From Hyphomicrobium sp. (GTDB taxonomy: Bacteria; Pseudomonadota; Alphaproteobacteria; Rhizobiales; Hyphomicrobiaceae), in the NCBI GenBank assembly GCA_025351425.1, contig JANXVY010000031.1, positions 9,202 to 73,201 of the forward strand: 64,000 nucleotides of DNA, given 5' to 3'. Each line of letters starts with the position of its first letter. Position 1 is the stretch's first letter. Shown here one piece after another: positions 45,943 to 56,426 of the stretch. The notes beneath the pieces are model-generated. The model saw only the letters and a program-made list of their open reading frames with translations. It made no database searches and was not told where the DNA came from. A program made the position numbers and the translations under genes.

Positions 45943-47706
45943 ATGAACAACCTGAAATGGTTAGCAACCGCGAGCATCGCCGCGATTTCGCTGACGCTTG
46001 CCGCACCGGCAATCGCTGACGTCACGATGGAAGACATCTTGAACGACGCCAAAACCCCTGGCGACGTTGTAACCAACGGCATGGGCACGCAGGGCCAGCG
46101 CTATTCGGCCCTGAAGACCATCAACAAGGACAACGTCGGCTCGCTGGTCCCCGCCTGGACCATGTCGGTTGGCGGTGAAAAGATGCGCGGGCAGGAAAGC
46201 CAGCCTCTCGTCAAGGACGGCGTGATGTATATGACCGGCTCGTATAGCCGCGTCTGGGCCATCGACACCAAGACCGGTCACCGGATTTGGGAATATGCCC
46301 ATCGCCTGCCCGAAGGCATCATGCCCTGCTGCGACGTCGTCAACCGCGGCGGCGCCCTCTACGGCAACATGCTGATCTACGGAACCCTCGACGCGAAGCT
46401 CGTTGCCCTCGACATCAAGACCGGCAAGGTGATCTGGTCCAAGGAAGTCGACGATTTCAAGGCTGGCTATACTGAAACCGCAGCCCCTTTGATCGTGCCC
46501 TCCAAGGCCTTCGGTCCCATCCTCGTGACCGGCGTCTCGGGCGGTGAATTTGGCGTGATCGGCCGCGTGGAAGCCCGCAAGGTCGCCGACGGCGAACTCG
46601 TCTGGTCGCGCCCCACCATTGAAGGCCACGTCGGCATGCTGGCCGGCAAGCCCTCGACCATGACCGGCAAGAAAAATGAAACCTGGCCGGGCGACCTCTG
46701 GCAGACCGGTGGCGGCGCCACCTGGCTCGGCGGCACCTACGATCCCGAAACCAACCAGCTGTTCTTCGGCGTCGGCAACCCCGCCCCGTGGAACTCCCAC
46801 ATGCGCCCGGGCGACAACAAGTGGTCGTGCTCGCGCATCGCGATCAACCCTGAGAACGGCGAAATCAACTGGGGCTACCAGACGACGCCGAACGATGGCT
46901 GGGACTACGACGGCGTGAACGAAGTCGTCTCCTTCGACATGAACGGCACGAAGGCCGCCGCCACCGCCGACCGCAACGGCTTCTTTTACGTGCTCGACCG
47001 CACGAACGGGAAGTTCCTGAGCGCCACGCCGTTCGTGAAGAACATCACCTGGGCCAAGTCGATCGGCGCCGACGGCCGTCCCGTGTACGACCCCGCCAAC
47101 CGTCCCGGCGATCCCACGAAGTCGGCTGATGGCAAGAAGGGCACCGCTGTCTACTCCGTCCCGAGCTTCCTGGGCGGCAAGAACTGGATGCCCATGGCCT
47201 ACAGCCAGGACACCAAGCTGTTCTATGTCCCCTCGAACGAATGGGGCATGGACCTGTGGAACGAGCCGATCGCCTTTAAGAAGGGCGGCGCATACCTGGG
47301 CGCCGGCTTTACGATCAAGCCGACCTTCGAAGACCACATCGGCTCGCTGAAGGCGATTGATCCCGCCACCGGCAAGATTGCCTGGGAAGTCACGAACAAG
47401 GCCCCGCTCTGGGGTGGCGTTCTGGCGACCGCCGGCGGGCTCGTGTTCTACGGCACGCCGGAAGGCGAGCTGAAGGCTGTTGACGCCGCGACCGGCAAGC
47501 AGCTCTGGGCCTTCAATACGGGGTCCGGGATCGTCGGTTCGCCGATCACCTGGGAACAGGACGGCGAGCAGTTGGTCTCTGTCATCTCTGGCTGGGGCGG
47601 CGCCGTTCCGCTCTGGGGCGGCGAAGTCGCCAAGACCATCGCCAACCTGCCGCAGGGCGGCATGGTGTGGACGTTCAAGATGCCCAAGAAGCTCGCAGCG
47701 AATTGA
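45943..47706 (+). CDS. PQQ-dependent alcohol dehydrogenase, ExaA/PedH type, with the lanthanide-type D-Y-D motif
   Basis: Signal peptide. It is co-linear with my memory of P. aeruginosa ExaA ([16 protein letters not shown]..., the vicinal disulfide [29 protein letters not shown]). WDYDG at 46900-46914 carries the extra Asp. Confidence 0.92.
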   Translation: MNNLKWLATASIAAISLTLAAPAIADVTMEDILNDAKTPGDVVTNGMGTQGQRYSALKTINKDNVGSLVPAWTMSVGGEKMRGQESQPLVKDGVMYMTGSYSRVWAIDTKTGHRIWEYAHRLPEGIMPCCDVVNRGGALYGNMLIYGTLDAKLVALDIKTGKVIWSKEVDDFKAGYTETAAPLIVPSKAFGPILVTGVSGGEFGVIGRVEARKVADGELVWSRPTIEGHVGMLAGKPSTMTGKKNETWPGDLWQTGGGATWLGGTYDPETNQLFFGVGNPAPWNSHMRPGDNKWSCSRIAINPENGEINWGYQTTPNDGWDYDGVNEVVSFDMNGTKAAATADRNGFFYVLDRTNGKFLSATPFVKNITWAKSIGADGRPVYDPANRPGDPTKSADGKKGTAVYSVPSFLGGKNWMPMAYSQDTKLFYVPSNEWGMDLWNEPIAFKKGGAYLGAGFTIKPTFEDHIGSLKAIDPATGKIAWEVTNKAPLWGGVLATAGGLVFYGTPEGELKAVDAATGKQLWAFNTGSGIVGSPITWEQDGEQLVSVISGWGGAVPLWGGEVAKTIANLPQGGMVWTFKMPKKLAAN

Positions 47707-47732
47707 GCTGCCCGCAGACCGTCATGAAACAG

Positions 47733-47765
47733 GGGGGAGCGGGCAACCGCTTCCCCTTCTTTCTT
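47733..47765 (+). terminator. rho-independent terminator after the ADH gene
   Basis: GGGGAGCGG-gcaa-CCGCTTCCCC (one bulge) followed by TTCTTTCTT. Confidence 0.6.
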
Positions 47766-47834
47766 GGACGCTCCATGCATCCAGGCGCGGTCGCGAACTG
47801 ACCTGACTTTCCATTCTGCGTTGAGAGGACTAAC

Positions 47835-48563
47835 ATGTCGCAAAGTGCAGCGTCTGGCGCGTTTGCCGCTTGGGAGACACCGGCTGTGGCCGCAGCAAAT
47901 TTCCTCGTTGTCGATGATCACCCCCTGTTCCTGGAGGCGTTGCAGCTTGCGATCCATTCGGCCTACCCGAACGCTGTAATCGTCGAAGCCACCTCGATCT
48001 CAGAGGCCAAAGCGGCCATTGCCCAGCGCCGCAACTTCGATCTGGTCCTGCTCGATCTCTGCATGCCCGGAACGCGCGGCTTCGAGGGCCTGATCGAACT
48101 CCGCACGCTGTATCCTAAGGTGCCGGTCGTCATCGTTTCGGCGTTGGAAGATTCGCGCATCGTCCACGAGGCCATGACGTGCGGCGCCGCAGGCTTCATC
48201 GCCAAGTCGGCTCGCAAGGCAGCGCTTGCCGCGGCCATTCGCGATGTGATGGCAGGCTCGCTTGCATTGCCGCCTGGCTATGCGCCCCCCGCCGCCGAGC
48301 ACGGCGCTGCCCAGGCGACCGAGATGATGCGCCGCTTTGCAAGCCTCACCCCCCAGCAGCAGCGCGTGCTCCAGATGCTGCGGCAAGGTAAGCTCAACAA
48401 GCAGATCGCCCACGACCTCGATGTCGGCGAAACGACCGTCAAGGCGCACGTATCGGAAATCTTGCGCAAGCTCCATGTCGCGTCGCGCACGCAGGCCGTC
48501 ATCGAAATGTCGAAGATCGACTTCGACGCCGTCATGTCGGGCGCCGCCCAAGTGGCTCGATAA
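47835..48563 (+). CDS. LuxR/FixJ-family response regulator (ErbR/AgmR/PedR1-like)
   Basis: REC domain (FLVVDDHPLF...DLVLLDLCMPG) plus a C-terminal HTH (LTPQQQRVLQMLRQGKLNKQIAHDLDVGETTVKAHVSEILRKL). Confidence 0.88.
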   Translation: MSQSAASGAFAAWETPAVAAANFLVVDDHPLFLEALQLAIHSAYPNAVIVEATSISEAKAAIAQRRNFDLVLLDLCMPGTRGFEGLIELRTLYPKVPVVIVSALEDSRIVHEAMTCGAAGFIAKSARKAALAAAIRDVMAGSLALPPGYAPPAAEHGAAQATEMMRRFASLTPQQQRVLQMLRQGKLNKQIAHDLDVGETTVKAHVSEILRKLHVASRTQAVIEMSKIDFDAVMSGAAQVAR

Positions 48564-48592
48564 GGCTAAGTGGCTCGACAACACGTCTGGCG

Positions 48593-49966
48593 CTAACCGA
48601 GCAGATGCTGCATGAGCGCGCGCAGTTCCGCAGGACGCACGGGCTTGCGCAACAGTTCGCAATCGGCGCGCCGCACCTCGTCCGCGATCGCCTCGGTATA
48701 GTCGGCGGTGATCACGATGGCCGGCAACCCGGCGCCGCACACCGCCCTCATGCGTGCAACCCCCGCCAGTCCGCACTCGCCGAAATCGAGATGATAGTCG
48801 GCCAGCATGATGTCGGGCCGGTAGCGCGGATCGGAGATGAGCGCGCCGAGTTCGTTAAGCGAACTCACGAATCGCATCTGGCACGACCAGCGCTCAAGCA
48901 GCGTTCGCATGGCCTCCTGGATCGCCGCGTCGTTGTCGATGACGAGTACGCTGGCCTGCGAAAAGCCGTAGGCATCGCTGATGTCTGCGGCCGGTCGCAA
49001 GACTTCAAGTTGGCTGGAGCGGCCCGCGTAGGGCGCCAGCACTGAAAACATCGACCCCTTCTTGACGCGCGAACACACCGACAGCGGATGTTCGAGCGTT
49101 TCTGCCATCCTCTGGGCGATCGACAAGCCGAGCCCGAATCCGCCCCGCCGCGACGTCTCGGAAGCCGAGCCGCGCTGGAATTCTTCAAAGATCCATTTCT
49201 GCTCGGCGGAGCTGATGCCGGGACCCGTATCCCAGACTTCGATCCGCACCTGATCGCCGCGCCGGCGCGCCGTCAGCTTGACGGCCCCCGCCTGGGTGTA
49301 ATGTACGGCATTCGCCAGCAGATTCTGCAGAATCCGCCGCAACATCACGGGATCGGAAATGACCGCGGCGTCCGTTGCGCGCGCGGTCAACGACAGGTTT
49401 TTCGTCTGCGCGAGCGGCCCGAGGCTGCCGATCAGGCTGTCGAACAGTTCGTTCAGGACGACGGGCCGCAGATCGGGCGTGATGACGCCGGCTTCGAGCC
49501 GCGAGATATCGAGGATGGTCCGCAGCAGTTCTTCGACCGAACTCAGCGCGTGATCGATTTGCCGCGCGATCGCCCGCTCGGAGGTCGCCGCGTCGTTGTC
49601 GGTCAGTCCCGACAGGGACAGACGCGCGGCGTGCAGCGGCTGCAGAAGATCATGACCGACCGCTGTGAAAAACCGGGTCTTGAACCGGTTGGCCTGCTCG
49701 GAACTGTCCCTGGCGGCGACGAGCTCGTCGTTGATGCGCTCCAGCCGGGTGAGAGTCGTCTTCAATTCTTCGGTCCTGACCTTGACCTGGGCTTCGAGCC
49801 CGATCGCGGTCTGGAACAGCGAATAAGCGTTGGCCTGCTGTTCCATCGAACGCTCGACCCGCTGCATCAGGACGTTATTGATCTTGCGCAGCCTCGCGAT
49901 CTGTTGGTGCAGATCGGCGCCCTCAGCGGCATCGTCGAGCCATGGCAAGTGTGGTCCTGCGTTCAT
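48593..49966 (-). CDS. hybrid sensor histidine kinase/response regulator (NahK/ErcS'-like)
   Basis: Coiled coil, the H-box FFTAVGHDLLQPLH, HATPase motifs (NLLANAVHYT, DTGPGI, GFGLGLSI), and a C-terminal REC (VLVIDND...MLADYHLD). Confidence 0.88.
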   Translation of the reverse strand: MNAGPHLPWLDDAAEGADLHQQIARLRKINNVLMQRVERSMEQQANAYSLFQTAIGLEAQVKVRTEELKTTLTRLERINDELVAARDSSEQANRFKTRFFTAVGHDLLQPLHAARLSLSGLTDNDAATSERAIARQIDHALSSVEELLRTILDISRLEAGVITPDLRPVVLNELFDSLIGSLGPLAQTKNLSLTARATDAAVISDPVMLRRILQNLLANAVHYTQAGAVKLTARRRGDQVRIEVWDTGPGISSAEQKWIFEEFQRGSASETSRRGGFGLGLSIAQRMAETLEHPLSVCSRVKKGSMFSVLAPYAGRSSQLEVLRPAADISDAYGFSQASVLVIDNDAAIQEAMRTLLERWSCQMRFVSSLNELGALISDPRYRPDIMLADYHLDFGECGLAGVARMRAVCGAGLPAIVITADYTEAIADEVRRADCELLRKPVRPAELRALMQHLLG

Positions 49967-51102
49967 GGCGTTACGTCCCGGCGGCCGAAGGCAATGCCCG
50001 TCAGGGTCTGGTTCAGATGCATGGCGTTAAACTGCTCGCCGTAGGTATGGAAACCGACCACATGATACTTGCGGTAGAGTTGATCGACCTGATGACGGAT
50101 CTGTGAGGTTTCGGCATCCAGTCGCCGCAAGATGCAGTCGAAACCGATCACCACATCGATCCCGCCCAGCGACGCCTCGACCTCTCGCAGCGTCTGCTCC
50201 GTCGAACTGACCATATCTTGCGGCCGCGCCACCGTGAACACGAGCCCTTCGTCGATGGCGCAGAAAAAGGTCAAGCTGCCGTCCGGATTCATGTTCCGGA
50301 TCGACCGGCAATAATAGTCCCCGCCGACTTTCACGACCAGCGGATAGGAGGCAAAGCTGAACGGCCCCAGGTCGTTGGGCAGCAGGCCGATCGCCGACGC
50401 ATATTCGCGCGCCGCCGGCTCCGCATTGAGCTCGTGCACGATACGGTTCGCCGTATCGGCGGCAGTGACGACGAGCTTGATCGAGGTCGGATCGAAATTC
50501 TGCGTCTTGAAGATCCGGAACGGCACGTCGGTTTCGATCATCAGTAGCAGCGCCGATTGTATCCAAACCTTCCCGTTATGAATGAGCGCGGTGTTGGCGA
50601 ACGCGAGACTGTCTCCCGCCGATCCGCCCACGAGTTGAATGTCGTCGATCGCCCAGTGGACGGCCGCCACCAACGTTTCCTCGGCATTCGACAGTCCATC
50701 GATCAACATGATCCCGAACGTATTTGTGCGGTTGGGCAACGGATTGCGCAATTGCGACTTCAAGCGCCGCACGATGCCGCCCGCCCGTTCGACCCCGACG
50801 GAGCCTAGGTCTTCGATGATATCGGCATGAATGCAAAAGCCGTCATGGGGAAACGCGAGCGCCAGGACGCCGCCTTCGATCATGCCCCTGGGAACGATTT
50901 CCCCGGACGTGGTGCAGCCCGAAACGGCCACACCGGGAAACGCGAGCGCCAGCGCTGCGGATAGTTTCGCCGCGTCAAAGTGGACCGCGAAAAAAACGAG
51001 CAGATGCTGATAGGGGCGTCCACCCAGCGCATGTTTCAACTCATCGACGGCCGCCCCGATGTCGCGCTGTTCGCTGGCGGCAATGGCAATCCCGCTCGTC
51101 AT
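49963..51102 (-). CDS. FIST N/C-domain sensor protein (NosP-like)
   Basis: FIST_N and FIST_C pattern (GCTTSGEI...; LVGGSAGD...; HTYGEQ). Its stop codon overlaps the kinase start (ATGA). The start could be 51102, 51144 or 51171. Confidence 0.8.
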   Translation of the reverse strand: MTSGIAIAASEQRDIGAAVDELKHALGGRPYQHLLVFFAVHFDAAKLSAALALAFPGVAVSGCTTSGEIVPRGMIEGGVLALAFPHDGFCIHADIIEDLGSVGVERAGGIVRRLKSQLRNPLPNRTNTFGIMLIDGLSNAEETLVAAVHWAIDDIQLVGGSAGDSLAFANTALIHNGKVWIQSALLLMIETDVPFRIFKTQNFDPTSIKLVVTAADTANRIVHELNAEPAAREYASAIGLLPNDLGPFSFASYPLVVKVGGDYYCRSIRNMNPDGSLTFFCAIDEGLVFTVARPQDMVSSTEQTLREVEASLGGIDVVIGFDCILRRLDAETSQIRHQVDQLYRKYHVVGFHTYGEQFNAMHLNQTLTGIAFGRRDVTP

Positions 51103-51177
51103 TGTCGCGCCATCCACCGTGCTCGATCCTCGATGCTGACCCATCGTCTTGCACAAAATTTCGCAACGCACGTCCGC

Positions 51178-52032
51178 TCAGCGCTGCGCAATCCGGTGTG
51201 GACGTCCATGAGGCGGCCTGCGGCCGGGATCGTCGGCGCTGATCTCGGTTACGAATTTCTGCCGCATGGCACGGGCAAAATCACTGTAGCCGTTGGCAGG
51301 AAGAATAAACGCAAATTCCCCGCCCATCACGTATTTTCCGTACCACTGCTCCAGCGTCAGCTGCTCTTCGGCCTCAAGACGGCGCAAGTATTCCATAGAA
51401 TTGCCGGGCGCCCGGTAGGCCCCCGCGCCCACGATCCGTTCGTGGTCTTCGACGATCGGCAGACCGTTGATGGTGACGCCGCTCTTGATGAGCGCATCGT
51501 GCGTTTCGCCCATGGCATCATAGGAGCTGCAGTTGTCGACGCCATCGCCCGAGACGTCGACGACGACGCGGGAGGCTTTCATGGGAAGGTCCGCTATGAC
51601 GCTCTCGCGCAAGTTCTGGAACATGCGAGCCATGCAGGTGAACTCCCCGCCATAGCGTTTGAGATGGCGCACCCGGTCTGCCACGGCAACGGCTTCGGCG
51701 GTGTTTGAAATTTGAACCCACGGCACGGCGAGTTCAGATTTGTCGGCCCACACGACCATGGCGAGCAGCACGCGGCCCTTGGGTCCGCTGGTGAACGTGG
51801 CGATCACCGACGGATCTTCGAGCGCCGCCGCGATGCCATCCATCTGCAGCTGATAGCGGGCATCGTCGACGGACTCCGATACGTCCACCGACACGATCAG
51901 TGCCACATCGGCAACCGCCTCGACGGGCTGGGCAGCCCGGGACTTCCACGCAGTGCCGGCAAAAAGGCTGATCGCGATCAGCCCCGCTACTCGCGCACGC
52001 GTCAGCCCCGGCAACAAGAACAGAGTAGACAA
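51178..52032 (-). CDS. DUF1194 (vWA-like) domain protein
   Basis: ALIVSVDVSESVDDARYQLQ...VVVDVSGDGVDNC...GVTINGLPI. The start is uncertain. I chose the in-frame TTG at 52032, preceded by a G-run. The upstream ATGs at 52137 and 52233 lie in AT-richer sequence that looks non-coding. Confidence 0.6.
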   Translation of the reverse strand: MSTLFLLPGLTRARVAGLIAISLFAGTAWKSRAAQPVEAVADVALIVSVDVSESVDDARYQLQMDGIAAALEDPSVIATFTSGPKGRVLLAMVVWADKSELAVPWVQISNTAEAVAVADRVRHLKRYGGEFTCMARMFQNLRESVIADLPMKASRVVVDVSGDGVDNCSSYDAMGETHDALIKSGVTINGLPIVEDHERIVGAGAYRAPGNSMEYLRRLEAEEQLTLEQWYGKYVMGGEFAFILPANGYSDFARAMRQKFVTEISADDPGRRPPHGRPHRIAQR

Positions 52033-52273
52033 AGCCCCCCCCTGACATGACGGTTTACGAAGACGTAGACATCGAATTTCGCAGTCAAGCTCGAAGTGTA
52101 GAGCATTTTCCGGACGAAGTGGACACCGGTTTGTCATCGCGCTGCGATGCTCCACAGCGGCGCCTGGCATCATATTATAAAAGCACCGCCCGTGTGCGCC
52201 TGAAAGAGTTAACTCGCCCTGCTGCGGCGACATTCGCCCTGACGGCCAGCGGAGAAACGGATTAGGATCGCCG

Positions 52274-53653
52274 GTGGAACGGCAATCCCGCGCTCCTCAT
52301 ACGCGATCCCCTACGGAGACGAGCGCCGTGCTGCGCCGAATTCTGACCAATATGAGCTGGTCCAGCGCCGAGCAGCTGGTGCGCATGCTGGCCGGCCTGA
52401 TCACGTCGATCTGGCTCGCCCGCTATCTGGGCCCCGAACAATTCGGCACCTATAGTCTCGTGCTTTCGACGATCGCCATCGCGTCCTCCCTGGTGCCGCT
52501 CGCCGCCGACCAGATCGTGCAGCGGGAACTGATCCACACGCCCGACCGCAATGCGCAGGTTCTGTCTGCCGCCATTTTTATGCGCGCAAGCGGCGCGGTT
52601 CTGGCGGCGGGCGTGGCGGCCACGGCCATCGATTGGCTCCGGCCCACTCAGCCCGGCGTTCACCCCCTGGCCCTGTTCGCAGGGCTCGTATTGCTGCTGA
52701 GCCCGCTCGATGCGCTGACGAACTGGTTTGCCTCGCAGCTGAACCAGCGGCCGGTCTTTTTCGCCAAGGTGCCCGCGCTTCTGATCGTGTTCGCCGTTAG
52801 GTTGGGACTGATCGCGCTCGGCGCACCCCTGCTGGCCTTCGTTGCGATCCTGAGCCTGGAGATGGCTTTGAGCGGCATCGCGCTGCTCAGCGCTTATCGC
52901 GGCACCGGTCACCATCTGGCCGCCATGCCCCCTTCGCCCGAACTCAGACGCGCGATCTGGCGTGACAGCTGGCCCCTCGTGATCGCCGGCATCACGTCGA
53001 TGCTCTATCTTAAGATTGACGTCTTGATGCTGGCGGCCGTGAAGGGCGACGCAGCGGTTGGGATCTACGGCGCGGCGACGCGGTTGTCCGAGGTCTGGTA
53101 CGCGATCCCGATGATCGTATCCGTATCGCTGCAGCCCGTGCTGTATGGATTGCGGCAAAACAATCCCACGGCCTACGCCTCGACCCGCACCCTCGTTTAC
53201 GCGCTGATGGCCTGGTCGGCACTGGCGATCGCCGCAGGGGTGACGGTGCTGGCCGCACCTGTCAGCGAGCTGTTGTTTGGCCCGAAGTTCCTTCCGTCTG
53301 CCTCCGTGCTCCAGGTCCACATCTGGGCCTGCATCCCGATGTTCCTGGGCGTGGCGGACGCCTGTTTTCTGATCGCGGAAGGGCGCATCAAAACCGCCAT
53401 GGCTCGCCCGCTGGTGGGCCTGATCACGAACGTCGCCTTGAACGCCGCGCTGATACCCCCTCTGGGCGCAGTCGGAGCCGCCATCGCAACACTGGTATCC
53501 TATAGCGCTGCCACGTTTTGCGTCGCAATTCCGCCGCGCTCGCGCCCCCACGCCCTCGCCATGGCGCGCGCTCTGACCCCCGCGGGGCTGTTAGACATCG
53601 TAAGGTGGGTCGGCACGTTGCCCGCTGTCAAAAGCAGATTAGACCTGACTTAG
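52274..53653 (+). CDS. polysaccharide flippase (Wzx; MOP superfamily)
   Basis: About 12-14 TM helices and a Polysacc_synt-like N-terminus ([33 protein letters not shown]). A start at the GTG near 52328 is possible. Confidence 0.8.
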   Translation: MERQSRAPHTRSPTETSAVLRRILTNMSWSSAEQLVRMLAGLITSIWLARYLGPEQFGTYSLVLSTIAIASSLVPLAADQIVQRELIHTPDRNAQVLSAAIFMRASGAVLAAGVAATAIDWLRPTQPGVHPLALFAGLVLLLSPLDALTNWFASQLNQRPVFFAKVPALLIVFAVRLGLIALGAPLLAFVAILSLEMALSGIALLSAYRGTGHHLAAMPPSPELRRAIWRDSWPLVIAGITSMLYLKIDVLMLAAVKGDAAVGIYGAATRLSEVWYAIPMIVSVSLQPVLYGLRQNNPTAYASTRTLVYALMAWSALAIAAGVTVLAAPVSELLFGPKFLPSASVLQVHIWACIPMFLGVADACFLIAEGRIKTAMARPLVGLITNVALNAALIPPLGAVGAAIATLVSYSAATFCVAIPPRSRPHALAMARALTPAGLLDIVRWVGTLPAVKSRLDLT

Positions 53654-54813
53654 ATCCGGCTCAGCGCCATGTCGTCGCGATGGATCAGCTCGGCGCGCCC
53701 GCTGAACCCGAGGATATCGGAGATCTCGCCGGACCGCTTGCCCGCGATCCGCTCCGCATCCGCCTTGCCGTAGGCGGCAAGCCCGCGCCCGATTTCGCGC
53801 CCGTCTGCCCCGCGGATGATCACGGCGTCGCCCCGGTCGAAAGCGCCATCGACGCGCGTGACGCCGGCCGGCAGCAGGCTCTTGCCTGCAGCCAGCGCCC
53901 GTTCCGCGCCTGCATCGATGTGCACCTGCCCCTTGGGCTCCAGCTGCCCGGCGATCCAGCGCTTCTTGGCCGTCACCGGATCGGTGCCCGCCAGGAACCA
54001 CGTAACGGTCGATCCGTTCGAAATCGCCTGCAACGGGTTCATGACCTTGCCTGTGGTGATGACCATGTTGGTGCCGGCCGCAAGCGCGATCTTGCCGGCT
54101 TCCACTTTGGTTTTCATGCCGCCCTTGGAAAGCTCAGTGCCCGCATCCCCCGCCATCGCCTCGATCTCTGGCGTGATCGCGGTCACGAGCGGAATGTGGC
54201 GCGCCGTCGGATCGGACTGCGGCGGCGCGGTGTACAGCCCGTCGATATCCGACAGCAGCACGAGGCAGTCGGCGCAGACCATGCCGGCGACCCGCGCCGA
54301 CAGCCGGTCGTTGTCGCCGTAGCGGATTTCGGCCGTGGCCACGGTGTCGTTTTCGTTCACAACGGGAATGGCGTTGAGCGAGAGCAGCGTCTCGATGGTT
54401 TGGCGCGCGTTGAGATAGCGGCGGCGTTCTTCGGTGTCGCCGAGCGTCAGCAGAATTTGCGCAGCGGTCAGCCCGCGCGCCTTGGCCAGCTCCTGGTAGG
54501 CGTGGGCAAGGCTGATCTGACCGACGCTCGCCGCCGCCTGGCTCTGCTCGAGCGGCAACGGACCCTTGGGCAGCCCCAGCGCATGCCGGCCGAGCGCAAT
54601 CGCGCCCGAGGAGACAAGGACGATCTGCTTGCCGGCCCGAGACAGCGCCGCCACATCGTCGAGCACCGAGCCGAGCCATTGCGTCTTCAGCGCGCCGCTC
54701 GCCCGGTCGGCCAAGAGCGCCGATCCGATCTTCACGACGATCCGGCGCGCCTGTGTCCATTCAGGACGCACGGCGGAAATTGAGGAAGCGGCGGTGGGCA
54801 TGGTCTCAGACAT
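53650..54813 (-). CDS. proB: glutamate 5-kinase
   Basis: [11 protein letters not shown]...VLVSSGAIA...[19 protein letters not shown], plus a C-terminal PUA domain. Confidence 0.92.
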   Translation of the reverse strand: MSETMPTAASSISAVRPEWTQARRIVVKIGSALLADRASGALKTQWLGSVLDDVAALSRAGKQIVLVSSGAIALGRHALGLPKGPLPLEQSQAAASVGQISLAHAYQELAKARGLTAAQILLTLGDTEERRRYLNARQTIETLLSLNAIPVVNENDTVATAEIRYGDNDRLSARVAGMVCADCLVLLSDIDGLYTAPPQSDPTARHIPLVTAITPEIEAMAGDAGTELSKGGMKTKVEAGKIALAAGTNMVITTGKVMNPLQAISNGSTVTWFLAGTDPVTAKKRWIAGQLEPKGQVHIDAGAERALAAGKSLLPAGVTRVDGAFDRGDAVIIRGADGREIGRGLAAYGKADAERIAGKRSGEISDILGFSGRAELIHRDDMALSRI

Positions 54814-54857
54814 CAGCGGCTATTAGCCCTAGGCTTGCGCCGAGGCAACCCGGTCTC

Positions 54858-55508
54858 TCACACGCGCCACACGGCGGTGATCTTGACGAGGCTGTCCTCC
54901 AGCTCCCGCGTAACCGGGACATCGTATTGCGCCGCCAGCGTGAATTGCCCTTTCGGAAAATAGGTCCGCTGCGGATCCCCGATCAGCACCAGCGCGCCCG
55001 CTTTCGCCGCTGCACGGATGAACACCAACACCCGCTCGGCGAGCTGGCGCTCATAGAACAGATCGCCAACGAGGATCACGTCGAACGCTTCCGGCGCGGC
55101 AGCAAGCAGATCGCGTGCGGTCGTCTCGACGGTGACACCGTTGAGCGCCCCGTTCAACGCGCACGCTTCCAGCGCGATTTTGTCGATATCGGCGGCGACG
55201 ACCGATGCAGCCCCCGCCTTCATGCTGGCAATCGCCGTCAGGCCGCCGCCAGCCCCCAGATCGAGCACGCGCCGGCCCGCAAACAGGTCACGGTTGTCGA
55301 GAATGTAGCGCGCGAGGGCCTGTCCGCCTGCCCACGCGAACGCCCAGAACGGCGGCGGCACGTTGACCTCGCCAAGCTCCTCTTCGGTCTTGAGCCAGAT
55401 CGGTACGCTCTCTTGCGCAAGATGCAGTTGGATTTCCGGCACCATCGGCGGCGCCATCACCACCGTATTGGCGCGAATGAATTTGGCAGCGTTGAGCATC
55501 ATGTGCAA
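54858..55508 (-). CDS. class I SAM-dependent methyltransferase (Methyltransf_16/PrmA-like)
   Basis: PPFWAFAWAGGQALARYIL...RVLDLGAGGGLTAIA...VVAADID. Confidence 0.8.
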   Translation of the reverse strand: MHMMLNAAKFIRANTVVMAPPMVPEIQLHLAQESVPIWLKTEEELGEVNVPPPFWAFAWAGGQALARYILDNRDLFAGRRVLDLGAGGGLTAIASMKAGAASVVAADIDKIALEACALNGALNGVTVETTARDLLAAAPEAFDVILVGDLFYERQLAERVLVFIRAAAKAGALVLIGDPQRTYFPKGQFTLAAQYDVPVTRELEDSLVKITAVWRV

Positions 55509-55639
55509 ACGCTATAAGATCACGATCCGCAATACGCAAAAAATTTGCGGTTGGGGCCACACGGAAAAAGGCCAAGCGCGCCGCAGACGGGAACGCCGGA
55601 CCCAGTTTCCCACGCAAATTTGACCGCACAGCTCCCGTC

Positions 55640-56191
55640 TTATTGCGGGGTCAGCGTGACGCGCAGGGTATCATTGTAGGTGCCCGTGATCAGCGGCAGC
55701 GGGTTGGCAGCCGGAACGATCGAAACGCTGAGGTTGCCCGCGTTCGCGGTCGGGATGCCGACCACGGCGCCGGTTTCGTTGGCGCCGACGCTGGCTGTCC
55801 CAACGGTCGACGTATCGATCGCTGCGGTCGCCCCGTTCCAGGTCGCAGTGGCGCTATAATTGATGACGTTGGAGAAGCCCGAACCAGCAGCACCCGCGTT
55901 GAGAACGCCACCGTTAAGCGACGTCAACTGGAGATTAGACGCCGCGTTGCAGGCGACGTTGGCGAAGGGCGAACCCGTCGGCGTGATGGCGGTGGTCGTA
56001 ACGGCGCCGGCGGCCGTGATGGGAATTGTGGCCGATCCGACGGGAGAACCGGTCGCCACGTTGTTGACCGTACAGGCCTTCAACACGGTAGCCGTGATGG
56101 CGATGTCTTGGGTTGCGGTTTGGGCGTTTGCGACGGTGGCTCCGGAAAGAGCGCATGCGGCGATGCCAACGGAAACGAGGAACTTACGCAT
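55640..56191 (-). CDS. secreted fimbrial-like protein (spore-coat-U/Csu-type pilin-like)
   Basis: Signal peptide MRKFLVSVGIAACALSGATVANA and a Thr/Ala/Gly/Asn-rich beta-type sequence with two Cys. The C-terminal GTYNDTLRVTLTPQ resembles the SCPU/Csu donor-strand motif. The family call is tentative. Confidence 0.5.
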   Translation of the reverse strand: MRKFLVSVGIAACALSGATVANAQTATQDIAITATVLKACTVNNVATGSPVGSATIPITAAGAVTTTAITPTGSPFANVACNAASNLQLTSLNGGVLNAGAAGSGFSNVINYSATATWNGATAAIDTSTVGTASVGANETGAVVGIPTANAGNLSVSIVPAANPLPLITGTYNDTLRVTLTPQ

Positions 56192-56426
56192 AGGGGTCTA
56201 ACTCCGAAATCATACCGGGACTAAATCGAATGACGCGAGCTGGTGAGCGCAACTGGCCCTGGCCATCTCAGTACCCGGTCCACGTCATGTGTGCCGGTGG
56301 AGCGAATCTATGCCGCGCACCTTTCGCTTTGGTTAACAAATGGTGCTCGAATGTCCCGGCGTGCACGGTTTTAAAAAGTGCGCAGTTTCGCGGATGCGGC
56401 GACAAGCGACATGCGACAGGAAGGCG

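Noticed and set aside
48550-48578. An 11-bp direct repeat, AAGTGGCTCGA x2, spanning the response-regulator stop codon.
   Set aside because: It is a small local duplication at a gene end, with no structure or further copies seen in the window.
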